This document shows, piece after piece, positions 43,171-58,972 of a stretch of DNA of 64,000 nt; position 1 is the first letter of the stretch; every line of letters starts with the position of its first letter. The stretch lies in assembly GCA_963555995.3 (NCBI GenBank), contig OY821641.1, forward strand, positions 2,816,001 through 2,880,000, given 5' to 3'. A program made the position numbers and the translations under genes. Below the pieces are notes generated by a model. It was not told the DNA's origin. It searched no databases and was given only the letters and a program-made list of their open reading frames with translations. The DNA is from Vicinamibacteria bacterium (GTDB taxonomy: Bacteria; Acidobacteriota; Vicinamibacteria; Marinacidobacterales; Marinacidobacteraceae).

Positions 43171-43357
43171 TCAACAGCCTTTGGTGAAACTCACGTGAGC
43201 GCCGAGCCCGGTGAGGCGCCCGGCTGACAAGGCGCGTGAGGGAGGAATATCGAGCGTATTTCGACCGAAACGCAACGCAGAGCGGAGCGAAGCGGAGTGT
43301 TTCAGCCGGGATGGATCGCCGGGCGAACGCCGCGTGAGTTTTGCCACAGGCTGTTTA
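43171..43357 (+). mobile_element. 187-bp palindromic MITE-like element, copy C (rpsH-rplF spacer)
   Basis: AACAGCCTTTGGTGAAACTCACGTG...CGCGTGAGTTTTGCCACAGGCTGTT arms around the shared core. Confidence 0.75.
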
Positions 43358-43364
43358 CCTCGGG

Positions 43365-43760
43365 CTACCACACCTGGCAAAGGACTTCGCCGCCCACGCC
43401 GAGATGGCGCGCCTGGCGGCCCGTCATCACCCCGCGGGAGGTCGAAAGCAGGGTGACACCGAGCCCTCCCTGCGCCTTGGGAATCTTCTGGTGCGAGACG
43501 TAGACACGGGTGCCCGGCCTCGAAATGCGCTTCAGTCCACTCAGCGCGTCCCGGTTGCCGGGCAGGCGCCGCAACTTGATGCGGATCGCGTCCTGCGGCG
43601 GAGCGGAGCGGCGCTCCCAACCGTCCACGTATCCCTCCTCGTGGAGGATGCGGGCGATCTCCTCCTTCAGCTTCGACGCGGGAATCTCGACGAAGTCGTG
43701 CCGCGCCTGAATCGCGTTGCGAATCCGGGTGAGCATGTCGGCCACCGGGTCAGACCACAT
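43365..43760 (-). CDS. rpsH: 30S ribosomal protein S8
   Basis: DPVADMLTRIRNA, RISRPG and GGEVLC. Confidence 0.97.
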   Translation of the reverse strand: MWSDPVADMLTRIRNAIQARHDFVEIPASKLKEEIARILHEEGYVDGWERRSAPPQDAIRIKLRRLPGNRDALSGLKRISRPGTRVYVSHQKIPKAQGGLGVTLLSTSRGVMTGRQARHLGVGGEVLCQVW

Positions 43761-43772
43761 CAGCGCGCCTCC

Positions 43773-43958
43773 CTACCAACTCGCCTTGATGACGCCGGGG
43801 ATCTCCCCCGCGAGCGCCAGCTTCCGGAAGCACAGGCGGCAGAGCCCGAACTTCCGGAGATAGGCCCGGGGGCGGCCACAGCTCAGGCAGCGGTTGTAAC
43901 GCCGCACCTCGAACTTGGGCCGCTTCCTTGCCTTGGCAATGAGTGATTTCTTCGCCAA
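43773..43958 (-). CDS. rpsN: 30S ribosomal protein S14 (short, Zn-binding type Z)
   Basis: RCLSCGRPR and CRLCFR; 61 aa. Confidence 0.96.
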   Translation of the reverse strand: MAKKSLIAKARKRPKFEVRRYNRCLSCGRPRAYLRKFGLCRLCFRKLALAGEIPGVIKASW

Positions 43959-43976
43959 AACCGTTTCCTCTGCTTC

Positions 43977-44253
43977 TTAACAGCCTGTGGATGAAGTGAC
44001 GTGAGTACCGAGAACGCCGAGGCGCCCGGCTGACAAGGCGCGTGAGGGAGGAATACCGAGCGTATTCCGACCGAAACACAACGCAGAGCGCCTCGTAGAG
44101 GCGCGGTTCAGGCGGGATGCATCGGCGTTCGCGTCGTTAGCGGGGCGTGAGCCCCGCGCAGACCCCGGAGCGAGAGGGATCGGGGACGGGTTCACCCGGC
44201 TCCTGTCCCTCTTGGCTCGGGAATGCCGCGTGACTTTGTCCACAGGCTGTTAC
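43977..44253 (+). mobile_element. 277-bp MITE-like element, copy D (187-bp unit plus 90-bp insert; rplE-rpsN spacer)
   Basis: TAACAGCCTGTGG...CCACAGGCTGTTA ends, shared core, extra sequence at 44132-44221. Confidence 0.75.
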
Positions 44254-44262
44254 CTCTGATGA

Positions 44263-44811
44263 CTACGCTTCCCGGCGGGCGAACGGCATCCCGAAGGCGC
44301 GGAGCAGCTCTCGCGCGTCCCCGTCGCTCGTCGCGGTCGTGCAGATGGTCACGTTCATCCCGAGCGTCCTCTCGATCTTCGAGTAGTCGATCTCGGGGAA
44401 CACGGATTGGTCCGTCAGACCCAGGGTGTAGTTGCCCCGGCCGTCGAAGGCCCGGTCCGAGACACCGCGAAAGTCGTGCACCCGAGGCAGCGCGATGTTG
44501 ATCAGCCGGTCCATGAATTCGTACATCCGGATTCCGCGCAGGGTGACCCGCGCGCCCACCGGCATGCCGTCCCGGATCTTGAAGTTGGCGATGGACTTCC
44601 GGGCCCTGGTCACCACCGGCCTTTGTCCGGTGATCGCCGTCAGGTCCGCGACCGCGGCATCAATGAACTTGTGCTCCCGCGCCCCTTCACCGACGCCCAT
44701 GTTGACGACGACCTTGGTAACCCGAGGCACGGCGTGCACGCTGGCGATCTGCAGTCGGGTGCGCAGATCGGGAGCGATGGTCTCGCGATACCGGGAACGA
44801 AGGCGGCTCAC
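44263..44811 (-). CDS. rplE: 50S ribosomal protein L5
   Basis: KVVVNMGVGE, ITGQRP and FDGRGNYTLG. Confidence 0.97.
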   Translation of the reverse strand: MSRLRSRYRETIAPDLRTRLQIASVHAVPRVTKVVVNMGVGEGAREHKFIDAAVADLTAITGQRPVVTRARKSIANFKIRDGMPVGARVTLRGIRMYEFMDRLINIALPRVHDFRGVSDRAFDGRGNYTLGLTDQSVFPEIDYSKIERTLGMNVTICTTATSDGDARELLRAFGMPFARREA

Positions 44812-45167
44812 TTGTCGATCACTCCCTGGGAACGGACGCTCACGCGAACCTTGCGTCCATCGGTCAGCCGGGTCCTCCCGATCCGCGTCGGGAGGTTGGT
44901 CTCCGGGTCCACGATGGCCACGTTGCTGATCGCGATCGAGGCTTCCCGTTCGACGACCCCGCCCTTGATGTTCGCCCGCGGGTTCGCCTTCGTGTGCCGC
45001 TTGATCATGTTGATGCCCTCGACGAGCACCCGTCCGGTCCCGGGAAAGACGCGGAGGATCCGTCCCCGCTTCCCGAGGTCGCTCCCGGCCATGATCTGGA
45101 CGAGGTCGTTCTTGCGAACGTGCAGGCGCCGGGGCGGCGGCGCGCTCTTCTTCCGGGACATCGTCAC
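44808..45167 (-). CDS. rplX: 50S ribosomal protein L24
   Basis: KOW motif [14 protein letters not shown] and [10 protein letters not shown]. Confidence 0.95.
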   Translation of the reverse strand: MTMSRKKSAPPPRRLHVRKNDLVQIMAGSDLGKRGRILRVFPGTGRVLVEGINMIKRHTKANPRANIKGGVVEREASIAISNVAIVDPETNLPTRIGRTRLTDGRKVRVSVRSQGVIDK

Positions 45168-45532
45168 AGGACCTCCGGAGCGAGCGAAACGATCTTCATG
45201 AACTGGCGCTCGCGCAGCTCGCGGGCGACCGGGCCGAACACCCGGGTTCCGGTGGGCTCGCGCTGCTCGTTGATCAGCACCGCGGCGTTGTCACCGAAGC
45301 GGATGTAGGACCCGTCCGCCCGGCGGTGTTCCTTGCGGGTCCTCACGATCACCGCCTGGACGACCGTCCCCTTCTTGACCGCGCTCCCGGGCGCGGCTTC
45401 GCGGACCGAAGCGGTGATGACGTCCCCCAGCCGGGCGATACGGCCCACCCCGCCACCAAGCGGAAGAATGCAGGTGACCCGGCGGGCGCCGGAGTTGTCG
45501 GCGACCTGCAGCACCGACTGCATCTGGATCAT
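45164..45532 (-). CDS. rplN: 50S ribosomal protein L14
   Basis: [16 protein letters not shown] and [12 protein letters not shown]. Confidence 0.97.
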   Translation of the reverse strand: MIQMQSVLQVADNSGARRVTCILPLGGGVGRIARLGDVITASVREAAPGSAVKKGTVVQAVIVRTRKEHRRADGSYIRFGDNAAVLINEQREPTGTRVFGPVARELRERQFMKIVSLAPEVL

Positions 45533-45774
45533 GTGGCGCGCTCCACAACCTTGAGCAGCCGGAAACGCTTGGTCCGGGAAAGCGGACGGCATTCCTCGAT
45601 CTGGACGCGGTCTCCGACCCGGCCCTCGTTCTTCTCGTCGTGGACCGCGAAGCGGGTGGACTTGCGGTAGCGACGCTTGTACAGGCGGTGTTCCACGAGG
45701 CGCTCCACGAGCACCGTGATGGTCTTTTGGGCGCCGCTGGCGACCACGGTTCCGGTCCTGATCAGTCTTGGCAT
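45529..45774 (-). CDS. rpsQ: 30S ribosomal protein S17
   Basis: KTITV, HDEKN and [11 protein letters not shown]. Confidence 0.96.
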   Translation of the reverse strand: MPRLIRTGTVVASGAQKTITVLVERLVEHRLYKRRYRKSTRFAVHDEKNEGRVGDRVQIEECRPLSRTKRFRLLKVVERAT

Positions 45775-45800
45775 GACGGTTCTTCTCGTACTTACCGGCC

Positions 45801-46031
45801 TCAGGAATCCGAGGCGCCGCTCCCCGGGGAATCGGTCCCGATCTCGAGCTCGCGCTCCCTCATGATCGTCTGGAGCCGGGCGGCGTGGCGCCGCAGCATC
45901 TTGACCTTGTGCGTGTGGCCGAGCTGACCGGTAGCGGCCTCGAGCCGGGCATCGAACAGCTCCTTGGTCACTTCCTGCTGCTTCCTCACGAGTTCGTCGT
46001 GGGTCAGCTCACGAATCCGGGCGGCCTTCAC
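45801..46031 (-). CDS. rpmC: 50S ribosomal protein L29
   Basis: ELFDAR...ATGQL...ARLQTI; position after rplP. Confidence 0.92.
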   Translation of the reverse strand: MKAARIRELTHDELVRKQQEVTKELFDARLEAATGQLGHTHKVKMLRRHAARLQTIMRERELEIGTDSPGSGASDS

Positions 46032-46450
46032 GACGACCCCTCCTCGAAGCGGCCGACGAACTGCGTCCGCACCGGAAGCTTGTGGCCCGCCCGGCGCATC
46101 GCCTCCATCGCCTGGTCGCGGCCGACGCCTTCCATCTCGAAGAGGATCCGTCCGGGGCGCACCACCGCGACCCAGCCTTCAGGACCGCCCTTTCCCTTGC
46201 CCATGCGCGTTTCCTGGGGTTTCTTGGTCAGCGGCTTGTCCGGAAAGATCCGGATCCAGACCCGCCCGGTCCGCTTGATGAAGCGGGTGATGGCCACCCG
46301 CGCCGACTCGATCTGGCGATTCGTGATCCACCCCGGCTCCAGCGTCTTGAGGCCGAAGTCCCCGAACGCCACGGTCTGCCCGGTCCAGGACTTGCCGCGC
46401 ATGCGGCCGCGCTGCTGTTTCCGGTACCGGGTCTTCTTCGGCATCAGCAT
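46028..46450 (-). CDS. rplP: 50S ribosomal protein L16
   Basis: [20 protein letters not shown] and RMGKGKG. Confidence 0.97.
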   Translation of the reverse strand: MLMPKKTRYRKQQRGRMRGKSWTGQTVAFGDFGLKTLEPGWITNRQIESARVAITRFIKRTGRVWIRIFPDKPLTKKPQETRMGKGKGGPEGWVAVVRPGRILFEMEGVGRDQAMEAMRRAGHKLPVRTQFVGRFEEGSS

Positions 46451-46481
46451 GGCGTTTCTCCTTCCGGGTCCCCTTCAGGGC

Positions 46482-47180
46482 TCAACCGGCGCTTGCCTCT
46501 TCGGAGCCGGAGGCTGATGGCTTCCTGGGGATCTCCGGACGCCCGGACCGGCTGACCATGTCGCTGACGCCCCGATAGACCCAACACTTGACCCCGATCT
46601 GCCCGTACGTCGTGAAGGCCTCGGCGAGCCCGTATTCGATGTCGGCCCGCAGCGTGTGGAGCGGGAGCTGTCCCTCCAGGTACCACTCCGCCCGCGCGAT
46701 GTCAGCGCCGTTCAGCCGCCCGGCGCACCGGATGCGGACGCCCTTGGCGCCGTTCCGCATGGTGTTCTCGACAGCCTTCCGCATCGCGCGCCGGAACGCG
46801 ATCCGCTTCTCCAGTTGGAGGGCGATGGACTCGGCGACCAACTGCGGGTCGAGCTCGGGCTTGATCACCTCGAGCGGCCGGATGTGGACTTCCTTGCCGG
46901 TGCGCTTGCGGAGGTCGCGCGTCAGCTTCTCCACCTCCGTCCCCTTGCGGCCGATGATGATTCCCGGCCTGGAGGTGTGGATGTAGATGTTGAGCTTGTT
47001 GCCCGGACGCTCGATCTCCACCCGCGAAATACCCGCGTGGTACAGGCGGCGCTTGAGAAGACGCCGCAGCTTCAGGTCCTCGTGCAGCGAGTCCCGGTAG
47101 GCGCTGTCCGCGAACCAGCGGGAGCGCCAGGTCTTGCTGTACCCGAGCCTGAAGCCGTGCGGGTGTACTTTCTGACCCAT
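46482..47180 (-). CDS. rpsC: 30S ribosomal protein S3
   Basis: [13 protein letters not shown] and PLHTLRADI. Confidence 0.97.
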   Translation of the reverse strand: MGQKVHPHGFRLGYSKTWRSRWFADSAYRDSLHEDLKLRRLLKRRLYHAGISRVEIERPGNKLNIYIHTSRPGIIIGRKGTEVEKLTRDLRKRTGKEVHIRPLEVIKPELDPQLVAESIALQLEKRIAFRRAMRKAVENTMRNGAKGVRIRCAGRLNGADIARAEWYLEGQLPLHTLRADIEYGLAEAFTTYGQIGVKCWVYRGVSDMVSRSGRPEIPRKPSASGSEEASAG

Positions 47181-47182
47181 TC

Positions 47183-47542
47183 CTATTCCTCTTCCACCGC
47201 AGTCACGCGGATCGTGTAGTGGGTGGTTCGCCGCCGGATGCGACGGATACGGGCCCTCCGGCCGCTGCGGGCGATGGCCCGGGCCGGTCCCTGGTCGGCG
47301 AACGCCTCGGAAACCATGAGCTTGTCCTCATCAATCCGTTTTGCTTCGCTGAGGGCCTTCGTCTGGGCATTCGCGATCGCCGACCGCAACACCTTCTCGA
47401 TGATGGGCGCCGGCGCGCGGTTCGTGTTCTGCAACACCGAGATGGCGTCCGCCGCGGGCTTGTCGCGGATGAGGTCGAGAACGAGCCGCGCCTTCTGAAC
47501 CGAACCGGGAACCGCCGTGGCGCGGGCGACCGCTTCGATCAC
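47183..47542 (-). CDS. rplV: 50S ribosomal protein L22
   Basis: [10 protein letters not shown] and [10 protein letters not shown]; position between rpsS and rpsC; tunnel loop is divergent. Confidence 0.93.
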   Translation of the reverse strand: MIEAVARATAVPGSVQKARLVLDLIRDKPAADAISVLQNTNRAPAPIIEKVLRSAIANAQTKALSEAKRIDEDKLMVSEAFADQGPARAIARSGRRARIRRIRRRTTHYTIRVTAVEEE

Positions 47543-47570
47543 GGTGTCACCCCCGTCCGCGAGGAAAGTC

Positions 47571-47855
47571 TCATCGGCGCGCCCTCGACTTCTCGGTCTT
47601 CACCTTGTGGCCCTTGAAGGTCCGCGTTGGCGAGAACTCACCGAGCTTGTGACCCACCATGTTGTCGGTCACATAGACCGGAATGAACTTGCGGCCGTTG
47701 TGAACGGCGAAGGTCAGGCCCACCATCTGCGGAACGATCGTGGAGCGCCGGGACCAGGTCTTGATGATGGTCTGCCGGCGCGCGGTGTGCGCGTCCTCCA
47801 CCTTCCGGATCAGGCTTTCCTCGATGTACGGGCCTTTTTGAATCGAACGCGGCAT
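47571..47855 (-). CDS. rpsS: 30S ribosomal protein S19
   Basis: [10 protein letters not shown] and [13 protein letters not shown]. Confidence 0.97.
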   Translation of the reverse strand: MPRSIQKGPYIEESLIRKVEDAHTARRQTIIKTWSRRSTIVPQMVGLTFAVHNGRKFIPVYVTDNMVGHKLGEFSPTRTFKGHKVKTEKSRARR

Positions 47856-47858
47856 TCT

Positions 47859-47897
47859 TTGGTCCTTTTGGCTCTGGTCCTTTTGGCTCTGGTCCCT
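47859..47897. repeat. Short tandem repeat (15-bp unit) in the rplB-rpsS spacer
   Basis: TTTTGGCTCTGGTCC twice plus a partial TTGGTCC copy. Confidence 0.7.
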
Positions 47898-47941
47898 TTC
47901 TGATCCCTGTTCCGATCCTGGTGGAGTGGGGTTTCCTCGCT

Positions 47942-48775
47942 CTACCTTCTGCGGCGCCGGCGGGAGCGGACGATCATCGAGTCGGTCCGCTTGTTGTTGC
48001 GGGTCTTGTGTCCCTTGGTCGGCACGCCCCAAGGGCTCACCGGGTGGCGTCCTCCGGAGCTCTTGCCCTCGCCGCCGCCGTGGGGGTGGTCCACCGGGTT
48101 CATGGTGACTCCCCGGTTGTGCGGCCGGCGCCCGAGCCAGCGCTTGCGGCCGGCCTTGCCGAGCTTCACGTTCTCGTGGTCCACGTTGGAGACCTGACCG
48201 ATCGTGGCGTGGCACTCGCGCAGCACCTTGCGGACCTCGCCGGAAGGAAGGCGCACCTGCGCGTAACGCCCCTCCTTGGCGACCAGTTGCACGAACGCAC
48301 CGGCGCTGCGCGCCATCTTGCCGCCGCCCCCGGGCCGGAGCTCGACGTTGTGAATCGTGGCGCCCAGCGGGATGCGGTCTATGCACAGCATGTTTCCGGG
48401 CGCGATCTCGGCGCTGTCGCTCGCCATCACCACGTCGCCGAGCTTCATCCCGACGGCGTGCAGGATGTACCGCTTGTCTCCGTCGAGATAGTGAAGCAGC
48501 GCGATCCGGGCCGAGCGGTTCGGGTCGTACTCGATGGACGCCACACGTCCGGGCACCCCGGGTTTCGCCCGCCGGAAATCAATCTCCCGGTGGCGCCGCT
48601 TGTGGCCGCCGCCCCGGAAGCGGACCGTGATGCGCCCGGCGGTGTTCCGCCCGCCGCGCTGGCTCTTCCCGCGGGTCAGCCGCTTCTCCGGCGTGGTGGT
48701 CGTGAGCTCCTCGAACGTCTGGACGGTGTGGAACCGGCGTCCGGGGGAGGTCGGCCGGGATTTCTTGATCGCCAT
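47942..48775 (-). CDS. rplB: 50S ribosomal protein L2
   Basis: [13 protein letters not shown] and [13 protein letters not shown]. Confidence 0.98.
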   Translation of the reverse strand: MAIKKSRPTSPGRRFHTVQTFEELTTTTPEKRLTRGKSQRGGRNTAGRITVRFRGGGHKRRHREIDFRRAKPGVPGRVASIEYDPNRSARIALLHYLDGDKRYILHAVGMKLGDVVMASDSAEIAPGNMLCIDRIPLGATIHNVELRPGGGGKMARSAGAFVQLVAKEGRYAQVRLPSGEVRKVLRECHATIGQVSNVDHENVKLGKAGRKRWLGRRPHNRGVTMNPVDHPHGGGEGKSSGGRHPVSPWGVPTKGHKTRNNKRTDSMIVRSRRRRRR

Positions 48776-48790
48776 CTAAGTGCCCCTCAC

Positions 48791-49081
48791 CTACACGCCC
48801 TTGAAGATCTCGATGGCGTGGCCCTCCTCGAGGGTCACGTACGCCTTCTTCCAGTTGGGGCGCCGGCCGACGAAGCGGCCCCAGCGCTTGTTCTTTCCCG
48901 TGAAGTTGGAAGTGCGGACATCCTTGACTTCCACCTCGAAGAGACTCTCCACGGCGCGGCGGATCTGGATCTTGTTGGCCTTCGGGCTCACCCGGAAGGC
49001 GACGACGTTCTGGGTTTCCCGAAGGCGCTCCGCCTTTTCGGTGGTGAGCGGTTCGAGGATGACGCGGTCGGCTTCCATCAT
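48791..49081 (-). CDS. rplW: 50S ribosomal protein L23
   Basis: PLTTEK, ANKIQIRRAVE and WKKAYVTL. Confidence 0.96.
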   Translation of the reverse strand: MMEADRVILEPLTTEKAERLRETQNVVAFRVSPKANKIQIRRAVESLFEVEVKDVRTSNFTGKNKRWGRFVGRRPNWKKAYVTLEEGHAIEIFKGV

Positions 49082-49794
49082 CGGCCCCCTGCCTCAGCGC
49101 CCCCTGCTTCGGAGAGCTTTTCGGACAGCGCGGCGAGCGCGGAACGCCGGATCAGCACGGTCTTCGCCTTGAGTACCTCGTAGCAGTGCAGCGCCATCAC
49201 CGAGACCACTTCGACCGCCGGCAGGTTCCTCGTCGACAGGTAGAGGTCGTCGGACGGCGCCGTCTCCACGATCAGGACGCGTCCGCCCGCCGAGTCCCAT
49301 TCGCCGAGGCGCCGGAGCACCGCTCGGGTGGAGGGTCCCTCGAGACCGAAGTCCTCGAAGACGCGCAACCGCCCTTCGCTCGCGCACAGCGAGAGCGCGG
49401 AGCGGAGCGCGCCGCGCTGCATGCGGCCCGGCAGCCGATAGCTGTAGTCGCGGGGCTGTGGTCCGAACACGGTCCCGCCGCCCCGCCACAACGGGGTGCG
49501 GCGGCTTCCGACCCGCGCGTTGCCGGTGCCCTTCTGCCGCCACGGCTTGCGGCCGCCGCCGGCGACGAGCGCGCGGTTCTTCGTCGCGTGGGTCCCGGCG
49601 CGGCGTCCGGCCATGTACTGGCGGACGGCGTCGTAGTGAAGGCCCGGCTTCACCGGCGCCGCGAAGACCGTCGGATCGAGTTCCACTTCGCCGCCTTCGG
49701 CATCACGGGCGACCACGGATGCACCGCGCCCCTCCGAGCCTTCGGCCCCGGGTGCGCCTTCCGCCGGAAGCGCCTCTTGCTCTGCCACGGTCAC
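49078..49794 (-). CDS. rplD: 50S ribosomal protein L4
   Basis: RAGTHATKNR, KPWRQKGTGNAR and GGGTVFGPQPRDY; GTG start at 49794 or 49788. Confidence 0.95.
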   Translation of the reverse strand: MTVAEQEALPAEGAPGAEGSEGRGASVVARDAEGGEVELDPTVFAAPVKPGLHYDAVRQYMAGRRAGTHATKNRALVAGGGRKPWRQKGTGNARVGSRRTPLWRGGGTVFGPQPRDYSYRLPGRMQRGALRSALSLCASEGRLRVFEDFGLEGPSTRAVLRRLGEWDSAGGRVLIVETAPSDDLYLSTRNLPAVEVVSVMALHCYEVLKAKTVLIRRSALAALSEKLSEAGGAEAGGR

Positions 49795-49844
49795 TCTCGT
49801 TCTTCCTGTTCGGGTCGGTGGTTCTCTCGCGTCGGTTTCTCTCG

Positions 49845-50474
49845 TCAGGCCTTGCGAATCTCGACGGTCCCGCCGCGGGGGCCGGGGACGGCGCCGCGTA
49901 CCGCGACCACGTTCTCCTGCGCATCCACCCGAACGATCCGGAGGTTCCGGACCGTCACGCGTTCCCGGCCGTGCTGGCCGGGAAGCCGGGTGCCCGGGAG
50001 CACCCGTGAGGGGGTTGCGCACATCCCGATGGCGCCCGGAGCGCGGTGGAACTTGGAGCCGTGCGACTTCGGGCCGCCGTGGAAGCCGTGCCGCTTCATC
50101 ACGCCGGCGAAGCCCTTGCCCTTGCTGACTCCGGTGACCCGGACCACGTCGTCCGGAGCGAACACCTCGGCGCCGAGCCGGGAACCGATGGCCAGGTCTT
50201 CGCCAGAATCCGCCTGAAACTCGCGCAGCACCGAGGCGGACGGGGCTCCGGCAGCCTGCAGCCGGGCGGCGAGCGCCCGGTTGCGGGCGGGGCGGCTTCC
50301 CGGGCCGCTCAGCCGCTCCAGGCCGACCTGAACGGCTTCGTATCCGTCCGCGCCCACCGTCTTCTTCTGGACGACGACGCAGGGGCCCACCCGGATCAGG
50401 GTGACCGGAATCACCCGGCCGTCGTCCCCGAAGTGCTGGGCCATCCCCAGCTTCGTGCCCAGCAGTCCGTTCAT
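49845..50474 (-). CDS. rplC: 50S ribosomal protein L3
   Basis: LGTKLGM, DGYEAVQ and [13 protein letters not shown]. Confidence 0.97.
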   Translation of the reverse strand: MNGLLGTKLGMAQHFGDDGRVIPVTLIRVGPCVVVQKKTVGADGYEAVQVGLERLSGPGSRPARNRALAARLQAAGAPSASVLREFQADSGEDLAIGSRLGAEVFAPDDVVRVTGVSKGKGFAGVMKRHGFHGGPKSHGSKFHRAPGAIGMCATPSRVLPGTRLPGQHGRERVTVRNLRIVRVDAQENVVAVRGAVPGPRGGTVEIRKA

Positions 50475-50500
50475 GGTCCTTCCTCCGCGGTTCCCGTTCC

Positions 50501-50833
50501 CTACTTGACCTGCGGCTCGCCGGCGACCATCGCCTTGATCTCGACATGGACGCCGGCCGGAAGATCCAGCCGCGACAACGCATCAACCGTCGTCGGCGTG
50601 GACCCCAGGATGTCGAGGAGGCGCTTGTGCGTGCGGAGTTCGAACTGCTCCCGCGACTTCTTGTCCACGTGCGGGGAGCGAAGAACGGTGTAGCGGTTCT
50701 TGACCGTCGGCAGCGGAATCGGGCCGGCCACCGTGGCGCCGGTCCGCTTCGCCGTCTCCACGATCTCGCTGGTGGACTGGTCCAGCAGGCGGTGATCGAA
50801 CGCCTTGAGTCGGATGCGGATCTTTTCGTTCAT
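50501..50833 (-). CDS. rpsJ: 30S ribosomal protein S10
   Basis: [19 protein letters not shown] and [14 protein letters not shown]. Confidence 0.98.
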   Translation of the reverse strand: MNEKIRIRLKAFDHRLLDQSTSEIVETAKRTGATVAGPIPLPTVKNRYTVLRSPHVDKKSREQFELRTHKRLLDILGSTPTTVDALSRLDLPAGVHVEIKAMVAGEPQVK

Positions 50834-50870
50834 CGGTTGAAACTCGCTTCGGCGTTCCCGTGCGGCCCCG

Positions 50871-52943
<2,073 letters not shown>

Positions 52944-53179
52944 GGGAACGGGAGGGTGGTCTGACGGGAAACGAGAACTCTGGAAAAAGGTCCGAAATGC
53001 CTGCGGTTCGACGCACGCGCAATGACGAACGGATCGAGTCCGCCCCACCGGGGCGCGGGAGCCCGCAGGGGCTGGACTCAGCAGGCGATCTCATTGGGCG
53101 AAATCGTGCTCGCTTCCTGAATGGCGGTTCCTCCGATTTGTGGTTTGCCGATGGATGTTGATCGAACTGGAAGGGGCGG

Positions 53180-53650
53180 TTACCAGCGGTGGTGGGCGAA
53201 GGCCTTGTTCGCCTCCGCCATCTTGTGGGTGTCTTCCCGTTTCTTGATGGCCCCGCCCCGATTCTGGGAAGCGTCGAGCAACTCGGCCGCGAGCTTCTCC
53301 GCCATCGTCTTCTCCGGCCGCTTCCGGGCGTACCCCACGATCCAGCGCAGGGAAAGCGACGTGCGCCGCTCGGGACGGACCTCGTACGGCACCTGGACGT
53401 TGGCGCCGCCCTTCCGGCGGCTCTTCACCTCGAGGGTCGGCTTGACGTTCTGGACGGCCTCGCGAAAGGTCGTGAGCGGCTCGCTGCCCGTCTTGTCCTT
53501 GATGCGGTCGAAGGCCCCGTACACGATGGACTCGGCGGTGGACTTCTTCCCGTCCAGCATCACCTTGTTGATGAACGAGGAGACGAGCGCGCTCTGGTAG
53601 CGGGCATCCGGAGCGGGTTGCCGCTTCGGCACGTCACGGCGTCGGGACAT
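53180..53650 (-). CDS. rpsG: 30S ribosomal protein S7
   Basis: [18 protein letters not shown] and [12 protein letters not shown]. Confidence 0.97.
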   Translation of the reverse strand: MSRRRDVPKRQPAPDARYQSALVSSFINKVMLDGKKSTAESIVYGAFDRIKDKTGSEPLTTFREAVQNVKPTLEVKSRRKGGANVQVPYEVRPERRTSLSLRWIVGYARKRPEKTMAEKLAAELLDASQNRGGAIKKREDTHKMAEANKAFAHHRW

Positions 53651-53686
53651 CTCCGAATCTCTCTCCGTAAGGGGCGGCTCTACCGG

Positions 53687-54061
53687 TCAGCTCTTCGGCC
53701 GTTTCGTTCCGTACTTGGACCGGGCGTTCTTTCGTCCGTCCACCCCGGTGGCGTCGAGGGCTCCCCGGATCACGTGGTACCGCACGCCCGGAAGGTCCTT
53801 CACCCGGCCGCCGCGCAGGAGCACGATGGAGTGCTCCTGCAGGGAATGCCCCACCCCGGGAATGTAGGTCGTGACCTCGATCCCGTTGGTAAGCCGCACC
53901 CGGGCGACCTTCCTGAGGGCCGAGTTCGGCTTCTTGGGATTGATGGTGAAGACCCGCACGCATACCCCCCTCCGCTGTGGGCACCGCTGGAGCGCCGGAG
54001 AGTCAGTGGCCGGGGCCATCCGCTTCCGTCCACGGCGGACAAGCTGATGAATGGTGGGCAT
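53687..54061 (-). CDS. rpsL: 30S ribosomal protein S12
   Basis: [19 protein letters not shown] and [10 protein letters not shown]. Confidence 0.98.
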   Translation of the reverse strand: MPTIHQLVRRGRKRMAPATDSPALQRCPQRRGVCVRVFTINPKKPNSALRKVARVRLTNGIEVTTYIPGVGHSLQEHSIVLLRGGRVKDLPGVRYHVIRGALDATGVDGRKNARSKYGTKRPKS

Positions 54062-54234
54062 GGGGAAATCGAATCCGAAGGAAAAATGCTGGTCCCCCGC
54101 AGGGGATGGGAAACGGGGACGTGCACCGCCCACCCGTCAGGGCTCGAAAAAGCCGATCGGCGGCTGTTTCCCGAGGGAAACGATGACGTCCACGACGCTC
54201 GAAAAATGCGTTCTGGGCGCGTAGCGGACGAAGG

Positions 54235-54264
54235 ATTTTACGCGCTGGCGCGCGTACCTGTCAA
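54235..54264 (-). promoter_or_regulatory. Sigma70-type promoter of the str operon
   Basis: TTGACA-18 bp-TAAAAT on the minus strand, about 170 bp upstream of rpsL. Confidence 0.75.
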
Positions 54265-54310
54265 ATCCCGGAACGCCGCAAAAAACGCCGACTGCCGCGA
54301 TGCCGCCGGC

Positions 54311-54517
54311 CTGGAACGCCGGCTTCAGCCGGCGCAGCCCGCCGAAGGCGGGCGGGGGGAAGGATCTCATCTGCCGGGATGGCACGAAGGCCGGGAACGC
54401 TGGCCACCGGTTCTTTCGTGACGCCTCGCCCGCCCTCGCGCCATGCGGGCAGGAGGCGTACGTCGTTCCGCTGCGCTTCGCGCAGCGGGTGCCGGCTGAA
54501 GCCGGCGTTCCAAGCCG
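54311..54517. repeat. Inverted pair of REP-like palindromes in the rpoC-rpsL spacer
   Basis: GGAACGCCGGCTTCAGCCGGC at 54313 and GCCGGCTGAAGCCGGCGTTCCAAG at 54491. Confidence 0.8.
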
Positions 54518-54549
54518 TTCCGCCGTTTTCGTGAAGGGCGGGGTGCGCA

Positions 54550-54580
54550 GGTGGACCGAACCTGACGGTTTCGGTCCACC
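54550..54580 (-). terminator. Hairpin immediately downstream of rpoC (possible terminator or RNA stabiliser)
   Basis: GGTGGACCGAA...TTCGGTCCACC 11-bp stem; no U-tract follows. Confidence 0.35.
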
Positions 54581-54588
54581 GTAAGCTG

Positions 54589-58947
<4,359 letters not shown>

Positions 58948-58972
58948 TTCGTCCCTCTCGATTGTTGGCCGA

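Noticed and set aside
43977-44243. Small ORFs inside the elements ([19 protein letters not shown]) and REP-derived ORFs (AWNAGLQTG)
   Set aside because: Starts and lengths differ between copies; the recurring peptide is just the translated repeat
44236-44244. DnaA-box-like sequences in element ends (TTGTCCACA) and at 102-110 (TTTTCCACA on the minus strand)
   Set aside because: Not conserved across copies, not clustered, and there is no dnaA/oriC context
53687-54061. Streptomycin-resistance changes in S12 and fusidic-acid changes in EF-G
   Set aside because: The PKKPNS and RVKDLP motifs are canonical, and the EF-G motifs I checked are wild-type
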